Below the pieces are notes generated by a model. That model was not told where the DNA came from, searched no databases, and saw nothing but the letters and a program-made list of their open reading frames with translations. DNA of 37,645 nucleotides from an uncultured Bdellovibrionales bacterium (GTDB taxonomy: Bacteria > Bdellovibrionota_C > UBA2361 > SZUA-149 > CALKYB01). The translations under genes were made by a program, and so were the position numbers. Shown one piece after another: positions 8,401-15,959 of the stretch. The stretch spans positions 1 through 37,645 of the forward strand of contig CAZECN010000026.1 of NCBI GenBank assembly GCA_964510575.1, in the 5' to 3' direction. Positions within the stretch are counted from its first letter, which is position 1, and every line of letters begins with the position of its first letter.

Positions 8401-8959
8401 CTCCGGCAAGTGGGCCACAGTTCGAGTGCCTAACTCCAGTCAGCTTTACCGCTTAACTCCAGATTTGCGAGATATCAGGCAACTCGGCGATCCCATGTGT
8501 TGTCACAGTGATCACTCCTACAACGCTGCAGGGGAATCTGTTACGTCGGAGACTCTCTTTGGTGCTGCGGGAAGCATGAGAGTTTACAACTACGATACTA
8601 TGACAGTGACAAGAACCCCTAGCGTAGTCACTTCTGGGTCTAGGCATTTCCCGTCCTACATTTCTGGGCGTGGTCAGCAACAGTGTGGAAGAGGCTGGGT
8701 AATCCTAAGTGGAGAAGAGACAGAAGGTTCCCCCAATCATCCACTAATCGCAGTAAAGTTAGACGGTAATAGCAACCGGCCTACCTTTAAGGCCCTCGGA
8801 GGAGATCTCCATTCCGGCAGAGCCGTTTCAAATCCATCAGTGAATGCAGGGAAGCAAAAAGCTGTTCAATCTCCAGATGGAAACGCAGTGATGTTTGATA
8901 GTGACGGAGGTGTTCCTGGAGGTGAACTTTCTACCTATATCCTTAGAGTTAAGCAGTAA
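5405..8959 (+). CDS. Large secreted repeat protein (1184 aa): signal peptide, beta-propeller-like repeats, FN3-like domain, two tandem ~100-aa repeats
   Basis: Signal peptide MTRFLFSLTAVAVFIFSQGITEAQS. The FN3-like segment (LEYGASMEFGELG...LEPGTVYYYRVIAESSAGQ) resembles the N-terminal domains of the 27778 gene. Two tandem repeats (aa ~540-640 and ~658-757, NFDGEVNVSSAWKEGKYAYVIKQDFG... vs SYDGEINVSSAWKEGRHGYVVKQDFG...) share identical DNA stretches such as ggttcagtcattggg and aatctatacttttcagcctctgacaattctgaccca. Repeated motifs IYG(L/I)SGN flank the centre. Confidence 0.8.
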   Translation: MTRFLFSLTAVAVFIFSQGITEAQSNSSLLQNQISMPRDAYPTSNPQLPPFCQWVPMPGMEGKMEVKRITNGQPASASGNWHNYSRRPAFSVDNKYYVLNDRVLTASDCSLVRRTPLSNENVASSTNPDLIYGLSGNRFIRYNISSGSQTTLYTAPSGGDVTFGNWEGQLSADDRRVVLAWGQNNNKTLSVLDIPSAQIVGQVQTGNYFSNYNSADISPLGNFFSVTKDDRSVAIFRADGSFVRTLALTSASVGNHNDWVLGENNAEILAGSTSDFGLYNATTNTVSQADVINNSTIRFATGHTSGVAFGRPGWVYHSNDVWASTPALFAFKVAGGQTQVEFWGWHYSHLGGFPNNQVPAYRAHAMISPSFDGSQIMFNSNWGNDNGPIYSIVARPVNAVTRTPLPVSPPAVSPSPSVPEENETNTAEVKVNPENPNLSRFWLRSSTPEDITENTATISFTLSKVGKAQLEYGASMEFGELGLKENSLTYSTHKQTLSDLEPGTVYYYRVIAESSAGQKLTSRTLSFKTAGVATSAPKNEIINFDGEVNVSSAWKEGKYAYVIKQDFGITSDSTSNSRISTLRIFEDGLELATAHTPHQTIRDFGEGRFSHWEKNLYFSASDNSDPRTNGKKYTFLRNSTAIIPPPANNAQKTASPSYDGEINVSSAWKEGRHGYVVKQDFGTLSDSSSNSSASTLRIFENGVEMGPAHSAHISVRFTGNGRFSHWGNNLYFSASDNSDPTTNGRKYTFLRNSATSTANNNQVVNLSPATPAQTTSSRPTPLPTPSSSENCSPFPRVQTRDTPVNANLFGAVPRINGRLPAEMPIGVPFDGPVPGTEYIRISSESGNGTHYYSTVQAWNADMTKVMIGNGVVDENRLLDATNNYSLLPMRVNLNSDRVWSNIDPDIVYGISGNALYKLNVSTGQREEIYRRPNGATIALRGKAAIPNDDSKLLLYVPDDNRLVSIDLASNRVPRPVLGELNFTPYGDLRSGGMFLNFDHSGKWATVRVPNSSQLYRLTPDLRDIRQLGDPMCCHSDHSYNAAGESVTSETLFGAAGSMRVYNYDTMTVTRTPSVVTSGSRHFPSYISGRGQQQCGRGWVILSGEETEGSPNHPLIAVKLDGNSNRPTFKALGGDLHSGRAVSNPSVNAGKQKAVQSPDGNAVMFDSDGGVPGGELSTYILRVKQ

Positions 8960-8975
8960 TTGAATCTAGCAAGCT

Positions 8976-9365
8976 TTACTTGCTTTTAAGCTCTTTAATA
9001 ATCTTCTGGGGACTATAGCCAAGCAACAACTTATCCCCTACCAGGAACTGTGGCGTTCCGGCGATACCTGTAACCTCAACCACTCTACCCCAGTAAGGTT
9101 GAGAAACCAGTTTAGTGACATCAATTTCAACAAACTTTAGGCCTCTTTCGTTCAGATCACTTCGAGCCACATCACAAAAATGACAGACAGGGCTCTGAAA
9201 TAACACAATTGGCTTACTGTCCTTGAAGGACTCAGTGATACCTTTCATCTCTTCAAGCAGGTCTTTAGGTGCATTAAAAACCTTATAGGGACTGGAATCT
9301 GCCTGGACACCGGTGGCAATAAATAAAGCTGCAACTAGGCCTATTACCGATAATATCTTTTGCAT
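8976..9365 (-). CDS. Periplasmic glutaredoxin-like / thioredoxin-fold protein (CxxC = CHFC)
   Basis: N-terminal signal peptide MQKILSVIGLVAALFIATGVQA. The glutaredoxin pattern is present: PIVLFQSPVCHFCDVARSDLNERGLKFVEIDV ... GTPQFLVGDKLLLGY. Confidence 0.6.
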   Translation of the reverse strand: MQKILSVIGLVAALFIATGVQADSSPYKVFNAPKDLLEEMKGITESFKDSKPIVLFQSPVCHFCDVARSDLNERGLKFVEIDVTKLVSQPYWGRVVEVTGIAGTPQFLVGDKLLLGYSPQKIIKELKSK

Positions 9366-9510
9366 GAATGTACCCTTAGACTTGTGGTTGGTTTTTAAAC
9401 TAACTCTTAGACGATTCTACAACAGGAATCTTTCTTCAACCACTTCAAATATTATCTTCAGCAAAACCGGCCAATACTGAAATCCAGCAGACTAATACAG
9501 GCTCACGTTA

Positions 9511-9546
9511 GGCAAAAAAAAACGCCCCTCGAAAGGGGCGTTTTAT
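9511..9546 (-). terminator. Rho-independent terminator downstream of the PEP-CTERM gene
   Basis: AACGCCCCT-CGAA-AGGGGCGTT is a perfect 9-bp stem. It is flanked by A8 on the plus strand (U8 on the minus strand) and by TTTT. Confidence 0.7.
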
Positions 9547-9570
9547 CAAGAATCTTTAATTCAGTAAGAA

Positions 9571-10260
9571 TTAAGAATTATATCTTTTTCTAGCAAGCAA
9601 ACCTAGTGTGCTAACTAGAAGCAGAGCATAAGTGCTAGGCTCTGGAACCTCAGTACCCGGGTTACCAGGGTTTACTGGATTACCTGGGGCAGCAGAGAAA
9701 GCAAACTCAGAAATAGCGCCTGAACCTTCTAGCGTTACTTGAACTTGAGTCAAAGCAGTTCCCGCTGATGGGTTATCAATAGTTTGAATACTGTTGTTTC
9801 CAATACCCGGAATGAAAAACAACTCAATTTCAGCGCCTGCTTCTGTAATTCCAGTAGCAACTCCACCATCTTCTTCAATGTCAACTAGGGTAATGCTTTC
9901 AAATTGAACTGCTTGGTTAAAAGCAAAAATGAAAGATCCACCAGAAGCAGCATCGTCTGGGTCAGAAAGGTCTCCATCTTCAGAAAGAATAAGAATATTT
10001 CCTTCAGTTCCAGTTCGGAGGTCACGGTCACCACCAGTTGGGTTAGCACTATCAAAGATAATCGCTGGGAAAGCAGTATCTGTACTTACAGTAACAGCAG
10101 CATCTAGGTTACTAGAGATAACATCTCCAGCTTCTAGAGAGTTTCCGTTGAGATCAGCTTCGAAATCAACTGTAATTGATGTAGCACTGGCAGTGAGCGG
10201 GGCTACAAGGGCTAAGCCTAAGAGAAAATTCAGGCAACTTTGTTTTTTTATAACTTCCAC
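9571..10260 (-). CDS. PEP-CTERM sorting-domain secreted protein (exosortase substrate)
   Basis: GTG start with an AAGGA SD. Signal peptide MEVIKKQSCLNFLLGLALVAPLTASATS. The body is acidic and Asp/Gly-rich. The C-terminus VPEPSTYALLLVSTLGLLARKRYNS shows a PEP motif, a hydrophobic helix and a basic tail. Confidence 0.75.
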   Translation of the reverse strand: MEVIKKQSCLNFLLGLALVAPLTASATSITVDFEADLNGNSLEAGDVISSNLDAAVTVSTDTAFPAIIFDSANPTGGDRDLRTGTEGNILILSEDGDLSDPDDAASGGSFIFAFNQAVQFESITLVDIEEDGGVATGITEAGAEIELFFIPGIGNNSIQTIDNPSAGTALTQVQVTLEGSGAISEFAFSAAPGNPVNPGNPGTEVPEPSTYALLLVSTLGLLARKRYNS

Positions 10261-10689
10261 AGCTTTTATCCTTAATTATTCATTCAACAATTCTGTTAAA
10301 TTGACCGACCAATCAGCCAATTAAACTGGGATTCAAGTAAAAACAGCCCTTACTTCTTACCCCTTGAACGAAAGGTTTAACTACAATTTTTTGCCTATTT
10401 CAAGCCAATTTCTAAAAACCAAGCACCAGTATTCACCTACAATGAATCATGAATGATTACAGCTATTTAAATAACCTTACATTCTAGTCAAATACTGCAA
10501 ATATCTCTTGATTTACTGCTTTAATGGCTTGTTTTAAATTCGAATTAGACGGATAGAAGAAAGGTCGAAGGCCTAACCACAGACGCTAAACTAAACTGCC
10601 CTAGAAAGGCATCATAAAGTATCTTTAAAATTGGAAAGAAAATTCTGTTGGGTTGGGAACTCGCCGCAAGTTCGTTCGATAAACCCTAG

Positions 10690-11160
10690 CTACCAAGTGC
10701 CGGGGCCACCAGTCTTTTGAAGTTGGTAGGAAAGAACATTTCCACTGCACTGTATCTGATAGTAAGTGCGAGCTTTAGACGCCCGATTACTAGCATAGAC
10801 CCAGTAACGAGATCCTCCTGCATTACATGGAAACAAACGAGCCTCTACCCTGGTGGCATCGTTAACCCTCAAAGCTGGAAGCACCGTATCCGCCTCAAAC
10901 CACTCTCTTAAATTTCCATTAATGTTTTGACGACGAGCAATGACATTAGAAGTAACATCTGTTGTAGCTCGATAACTGGTAATATCATTAATAGCATTCC
11001 TTACTAAGCTCTGTTGGTTGGCTTGGTAGGCATTTTCTTTATAGCTGGAATAACCGCTACTAGCAGCTGCGGCAAGGATTCCAACGATAGCAACTGATAC
11101 TAGCAGCTCAATAAGTGTGAAGCCGCTCTCTTCGTTTCTTCTATCAGTAGCGTTTTCCAT
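10690..11160 (-). CDS. Type IV pilin (prepilin with N-terminal methylation motif)
   Basis: Leader MENATDRRNEESG precedes FTLIELLVSVAIVGILAAAA, a class III signal (G/FTLIE). The C-terminal Cys pair is C...(18)...C (CNAGGSRYWVYASNRASKARTYYQIQC), forming a D-region disulfide. Confidence 0.75.
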   Translation of the reverse strand: MENATDRRNEESGFTLIELLVSVAIVGILAAAASSGYSSYKENAYQANQQSLVRNAINDITSYRATTDVTSNVIARRQNINGNLREWFEADTVLPALRVNDATRVEARLFPCNAGGSRYWVYASNRASKARTYYQIQCSGNVLSYQLQKTGGPGTW

Positions 11161-11555
11161 TCAAATAGTTCCAATGAAGTATCTTGCTCGAATAATGAGA
11201 AAGCCCTAATAAGCTTAACGGCAGAATATCTGAATAACTTTAGCAAGTTAACCCGAAACAATACCCATAAAAAAAGACCTAGAACTAGGATATTAGGGGT
11301 CAAGGCAGTTCAAGTTCAAACTGATTAAGCCAAGTTAAGGAAGTTTCCGCTATCTTGGTTCATTTCACCTCCTTACCTTTTATCCAGTCGCGTTTAGGGC
11401 TCCCAAGACTCTGACAAATTAATATTTATATCAGAAATAGCAAGCGCAATGTTTGAGGCTAACTTACCAGGCTAAAACCTAGTAATTATTAATGGTCCTA
11501 TGCCGGAATTAAAGCGATCTTCCGAAATCGATAAAATTAATGTAGGTTCTGCCCC

Positions 11556-12362
11556 ATGGAAAATTTACCTGAAAGCATCTCGGTTGAAGACCTCGAAAAC
11601 TACCTCAAGGCTGCCCTGTCATTTGCAGACTCAATTAACGAAACTGTGAACTCAGTAATCTCTACTGGTTTTGATATAGAGGAAAAGCCTGATCAAAGTT
11701 TGGTCACCACTGCTGACAAAGAGGCTGAGAGAGTCTTTAGAGAACTAATAAGCGAGCAATTTCCAGAAATGGGAGTTATTGGAGAGGAGTTTCCAGCTCA
11801 TAACGAAGACGCTGATTTCGTATGGGTAGTTGACCCAATAGATGGCACAGCCGAGTTCGCCAGATTAATGCCAACCTACGGCTCTATCGTTGCCCTCGAA
11901 TATAAAGGAGAGCCAATTGTTGCCGTTATGGATCACCCTGCTCTAAACGCCAGATTCTGGGCAGCAAAAGGGCAAGGCGCCTATATAAACGGAAAAAAGA
12001 TTAGCTCGACAGATTGCTCCAACCTTAAAACCGCTAGGCTAGCTATCGCCGCCAGAGAGAACTTCACTAGAACTGGAGATGAGGGAAATCTCTTTGAAGC
12101 TCTTACTAAAGAGTTTCCAAACTGCCGCGTCTTTCATAGCTGTTATTCTCACGCCTGTGCTGTCTCTGGTGCTGTGGATGTAGGAGTAGACTGGAATGTA
12201 AAGTATTGGGACCTCGCTGCTACAAAGCTTCTAGTTGAAGAGTCAGGTGGCACTTACGAGCTACTACGAGACGAGGTCGTTGAAGACCGAGGTCAAATTT
12301 ACTGCGCCGTCTTCGGCAAGCCTCAAGCAGTTGAAAAAGTTAAGGAAACCTTAAAACTTTAA
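11556..12362 (+). CDS. Inositol monophosphatase family protein (IMPase/CysQ/HisN-like phosphatase)
   Basis: Motifs VIGEEF and WVVDPIDGT (the DPIDGT metal-binding motif) are present, together with C-terminal WD.AA. Confidence 0.75.
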   Translation: MENLPESISVEDLENYLKAALSFADSINETVNSVISTGFDIEEKPDQSLVTTADKEAERVFRELISEQFPEMGVIGEEFPAHNEDADFVWVVDPIDGTAEFARLMPTYGSIVALEYKGEPIVAVMDHPALNARFWAAKGQGAYINGKKISSTDCSNLKTARLAIAARENFTRTGDEGNLFEALTKEFPNCRVFHSCYSHACAVSGAVDVGVDWNVKYWDLAATKLLVEESGGTYELLRDEVVEDRGQIYCAVFGKPQAVEKVKETLKL

Positions 12363-12419
12363 AGAGCCTCTTAAACTGAGATGAGTGCTGCCCCCCATAT
12401 TTAAAAATACCAACCAATA

Positions 12420-12790
12420 TAGTATATACCCCGTCTACTTGAAACTTCGGCTTTTTGGGTAATTATCGTCAAGGGGTATAAACAGTGCGTAGCACTGCCA
12501 GACAACAGGTATACTGAAACTTGAAGTATGCTTACAAGAGCGAAGCTCTTGACAAGAAAAGATAGAATTCTAGCATTTTTACTCGATTTTCATGATTTTC
12601 TTGCGAAGCTTCGCTTCACAGCATATTTTTAGACGAGGTATATCTGTCTAATGGCTTTGCTTAAGCAAAGCTTATACTGAAACCTCATGGAAGCTTTAGC
12701 CAAACACGAAATTTAAAGTGGTTTCAGTATACATTACCCGCTGCCAAAGCGATGAACTATCCAGCAAGCTTAACACTGCCGGATTCTGAT
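12420..12790. repeat. Intergenic region with three copies of TATACTGAAAC (two direct, one inverted) and three short perfect palindromes
   Basis: TATACTGAAAC occurs at ~12510 and ~12676, and GTTTCAGTATA at ~12722. Palindromes are AGAGCGAAGCTCT (~12538), GCGAAGCTTCGC (~12601) and GCTTTGCTTAAGCAAAGC (~12653). Confidence 0.4.
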
Positions 12791-12881
12791 CTCTCATACC
12801 TAATCTCGAGTTCTATTTGAAAACTGGTTTTCTTTACCAGAAGGTTTTTTCATTCAACTCAACGACATAGAGGTCACTCAA

Positions 12882-13595
12882 ATGAATGTTAGGTTATTAG
12901 CTGTCTTTTTAGTTTCTCTTCTACTCACTCAAAATATCGAGTACGTACTTCCCGAACCTTGGACTTCAGCAATTTTCCATATTCTGGGTCAGGTCTTTTT
13001 TCACATCTTTGTTCTTATCCTCCTGATAGTTCTCTTTTGGGTATTTTTGCCCGGATGGCCGCTAAGTAAAGGGGTTACATGGAGGGAACATCTTTCTTCT
13101 ATGTATCTTGGGCTCAGCACATATTTCTTAGTTCTACACGACAAACAGTGGAGCCAAGGAGCTGAGCATGATTATCTTCATTTTCGCTTTTTATTAGATT
13201 CACTAGCAAGAGCGAGCGGAAAACATGACTGGATGGAACTTCCTGACTTCTATGCTGTTCAGTTTCATGAACAGATAGTTAAAGACCAGAATGAAGTAAT
13301 CCCTAATCTAAGACAGAAGATTGAGAGGCTCCGAAACATCAAAGACGAAAATGATTTCAAGACAATAGAAAGTGAAAGTGAGTTGGGTCAAGAACTTGGC
13401 GAGATTAAAGCTGAGTTACTAAAAACAGCTCTGTCCAATTACTTCTATCAACAATGTGAGCTTGGGGATGATTCGCTTCTTGCTGAGATCCATAATCTTT
13501 TAGAACAAGCTAACTCTCTACTTCCAAGTAGTGTGATGGAGATAACAGTTTTACTCTCCACTTCAAATCCTGAAGGAGACGAGTATATCCACTGA
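12882..13595 (+). CDS. Hypothetical membrane protein (N-terminal hydrophobic segments, C-terminal helical acidic domain)
   Basis: A 237-aa ORF with an AGAGGT SD 8 nt upstream of the ATG. It has 2-3 predicted TM segments. No family was recognised. Confidence 0.5.
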   Translation: MNVRLLAVFLVSLLLTQNIEYVLPEPWTSAIFHILGQVFFHIFVLILLIVLFWVFLPGWPLSKGVTWREHLSSMYLGLSTYFLVLHDKQWSQGAEHDYLHFRFLLDSLARASGKHDWMELPDFYAVQFHEQIVKDQNEVIPNLRQKIERLRNIKDENDFKTIESESELGQELGEIKAELLKTALSNYFYQQCELGDDSLLAEIHNLLEQANSLLPSSVMEITVLLSTSNPEGDEYIH

Positions 13596-13613
13596 TTGAT
13601 AAACAATTGTCTA

Positions 13614-13660
13614 CTGAGGTAAAGGGGAGCAATTCAGTTCCCCTCAGGGTTTTCAGTATT
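13614..13660. terminator. Bidirectional terminator between convergent genes
   Basis: CTGAGG-taaa-GGGGA ... TCCCC-TCAGG stem-loop followed by GTTTTCAGTATT. Confidence 0.5.
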
Positions 13661-13722
13661 ATCGAAAACCAGTTTTCAAATTGATTAAGAAGCTAGTCTC
13701 TGATGCCTCTATTTGCAAAAAA

Positions 13723-14442
13723 CTAATGAATCATAGTTTCCGGAGAATAGGTCCGTGTCTTTGGTCGGGGTTGGATCTTTGCAACGGCTCTTCTCAAACC
13801 ACTAGGCTGTTTCTTTGCTGGCTTAGCGTTCTTAAGATACTGCTCTTCCATAAAGTCATCGTTTCGCGTGTTAACCTCTTCTACCAGCTGCAAAACAGTT
13901 TGCTGCATTCCTACAGCATTCTCAATTGGCATGCTTTTGACGTAGGCTTTTCGCACTGACTTAGCTGATGCTGTAGAGACAACCAGGTCACAAAGACCAA
14001 AGGGCATGTGGTACCATGCCTGTTTTGTATAGACATCAGTAATTTGCCCTAGCTTAAACGAATTAAGACTTTTCCTTAAATAACCTTTCCTAAACCTCAG
14101 AGAACGATTGTGAATGTAATATCTGGCAACTTTGTGCAACAGAGTCCTGACTCGGTAATAGCCATACCAAGCAAGAAAAGAAACTAGAGAAAGCGTGAGC
14201 CAGGCTTTGACCACCATCTTAAATACTGGTTCTGAACTGTCTAAAAGATGAAGAAGGAAAACAAACACAAAGCCAACAAGGAAAATTCCAATCATCGCAA
14301 GGAACATCCCGAAAGACTCTGAGAATGCCGCAATTCTGCGCTTCACTGGATAACTCTTTTTCAGCCAAAGAAACTGAAGGTCATCATCAACCGTGTTGTT
14401 GACGTGAGATTTTATTAGGTGCTGTAACTGACTGTCGTGCAT
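13723..14442 (-). CDS. Bacterial PH domain (bPH_2 / YdbT-like, DUF304) membrane protein, paralog A
   Basis: The start is moved to the internal Met (MHDSQLQHLIKSHVNNTVDDDLQFLWL) by alignment with the paralog at 19039-19767 (MNDKDLNRLKKAHANNSIDDDLQFLSL). It has two TM helices. The bPH_2-like core is SLRFRKGYLRKSLNSFKLGQITDVYTKQAWYHMPFGLCDLVVSTASA, fitting the pattern G-x-x-x-x-I-x-x-x-I-x-D-V-x-x-x-Q-x-x-x-x-x-x-G-L-x-x-L-x-I-x-T-A. Confidence 0.6.
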   Translation of the reverse strand: MHDSQLQHLIKSHVNNTVDDDLQFLWLKKSYPVKRRIAAFSESFGMFLAMIGIFLVGFVFVFLLHLLDSSEPVFKMVVKAWLTLSLVSFLAWYGYYRVRTLLHKVARYYIHNRSLRFRKGYLRKSLNSFKLGQITDVYTKQAWYHMPFGLCDLVVSTASAKSVRKAYVKSMPIENAVGMQQTVLQLVEEVNTRNDDFMEEQYLKNAKPAKKQPSGLRRAVAKIQPRPKTRTYSPETMIH

Positions 14443-14640
14443 CACACTCTCCCCAATACCTGAAGTTCCAAAAAAGCTAGCACAGCACTTGATGAAGCTA
14501 AACTCTGGAGTTAACTGCCAAGTGTATGACAAAGAAGGTAAATACGAGAAAACCAATCGAGGTTGTGGGATTTAAGTCTTTTTTGAGGGCAATAGGAGCT
14601 TTTTTTCGGAAATTAGTACTTATTTTTTGCGGATTTAGAC

Positions 14641-15513
14641 TTACATCAGCCTCAACTTAAAGGTCGAAGCCTCACCCTTTGGACCAGTTATTACCTTTCT
14701 TACAAACTCCGCAGTATCATCAAAAGGGCGATATTCCCCTTTTTTATCCGCGGTAGCGTAACCATCTGGTAGAAGCTTCTCCAACTCAGAATAACTACCA
14801 AAGGTCATGCCTTTGAGAAGCCTGTTTACCTTGGTGGGACCATGGTTATAAGCGGCAAGAGCAACTCTAGCGTCTCCCCTATAGGTTTGAAGTAGTTCAG
14901 ACATAAACAAAGCTGTAACTCGAAGGTTCATCTTTGGGTTAGAAGGTTCCCAAGTTTCTCCCTTCATATATTTCTCAACCATCCCCTCTCCAGTTTCCGG
15001 CAGAACCTGCCCTAAACCTTGCGCACCCATACCACTTTCTTTTTCAACTTCACCTGTAGACTCAGCAAACACCAAGCGTCCAAGCAAATTAGCGGTCAAT
15101 CCTTCAAAGGGATCTTTAATTGGCTCAGCCAAAAATATCTGGCCATTTTCTAGCTTTTGCAAAAGCTCATCAGCAGTTGCCTTAGCTTGTTCAGCAACTT
15201 CTCTTGGAATTCGCTTGTGCGGATTTCTCTTGTTGAGCTCAAGAAACGAGCTGTAAGGAGCGATCTTTTTAAAGTTTAGTCTATGTAGAGGAAATGATAA
15301 CTTGAGAGGAAAATCTCTCCACGCATTCGCAGTCTCTAATTTTAGCTCATTAAGACTTTCCAATTTTGACAAGCTAGCATTTGGCGCCCCCTCTCCTAAA
15401 GAGGGAAGACGTAAGCTAGACCTAGAGTTCTCCCCTTTCGAAATCTCCAAAGAATCGGCTCGCTCGGTCTTCAAACTCCCCTCACCAGTCTTATTTTCAA
15501 AATCTTTTTCCAT
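14641..15513 (-). CDS. Lytic transglycosylase (SLT domain) protein
   Basis: Catalytic-region motifs FAESTGEVEKESGMGAQGLGQVLPETG (the E-S...GAxGLMQ..P.T pattern) and ALAAYNHGPTKVNRL (the AYNAG motif). It is co-oriented with the bPH_2 gene 85 bp downstream, in a likely operon. Confidence 0.65.
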   Translation of the reverse strand: MEKDFENKTGEGSLKTERADSLEISKGENSRSSLRLPSLGEGAPNASLSKLESLNELKLETANAWRDFPLKLSFPLHRLNFKKIAPYSSFLELNKRNPHKRIPREVAEQAKATADELLQKLENGQIFLAEPIKDPFEGLTANLLGRLVFAESTGEVEKESGMGAQGLGQVLPETGEGMVEKYMKGETWEPSNPKMNLRVTALFMSELLQTYRGDARVALAAYNHGPTKVNRLLKGMTFGSYSELEKLLPDGYATADKKGEYRPFDDTAEFVRKVITGPKGEASTFKLRLM

Positions 15514-15959
15514 AAAATCGCGCTATCTAAACCTTCAGTCTGTTATGCTGAACTATGTATTTTATGGGCTAAAAACCTATTCTAGTCGTAATTAGAGGAG
15601 CTTAGAGAAGCTCCGCCCGGTTCAAAACAAAGATTTCGGTGAATTCTCTAAACGGAATTTTAGGTAATAGAACATAAAGTCCTCTCCTTGAAGATAAAAA
15701 TCAATTTCAAGCGTATATTCAGCCTCTTAGCCTATCTATTCTGGCGAACCTTCCTCAGGCCTTAACCAATCTAAATAACTGAATCAAAAAGCTATTTATA
15801 AGGCTTAATTTGGTGAATAGCTTTTGCCACATAAAAATTCAGATTTCTCATAATAAAATGAGGAGCGTTTTCTAAAAGACTTCTATTTCTTACAGAAGAC
15901 TCTCCTATTTTTATGCTGCCAATAATGGCATCGGTTTTACTCAATTTATGGTTAGATAG

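Noticed and set aside
4241-8959. Alternative genetic code (TAA/TAG reassigned) as the explanation for in-frame stops in the OMP gene and the 21517-22015 remnant
   Set aside because: Every large gene in the window (1184, 1032, 1009, 756 and 714 aa) is free of internal TAA/TAG/TGA, so the standard code applies. Isolated stops are better explained by pseudogenisation or sequencing error.
9904-10324. Plus-strand ORFs 9904-10107 and 9929-10324 (Ser/Arg-rich)
   Set aside because: They are antisense to the PEP-CTERM gene, which has a signal peptide and a sorting signal. They are composition-driven shadow ORFs.
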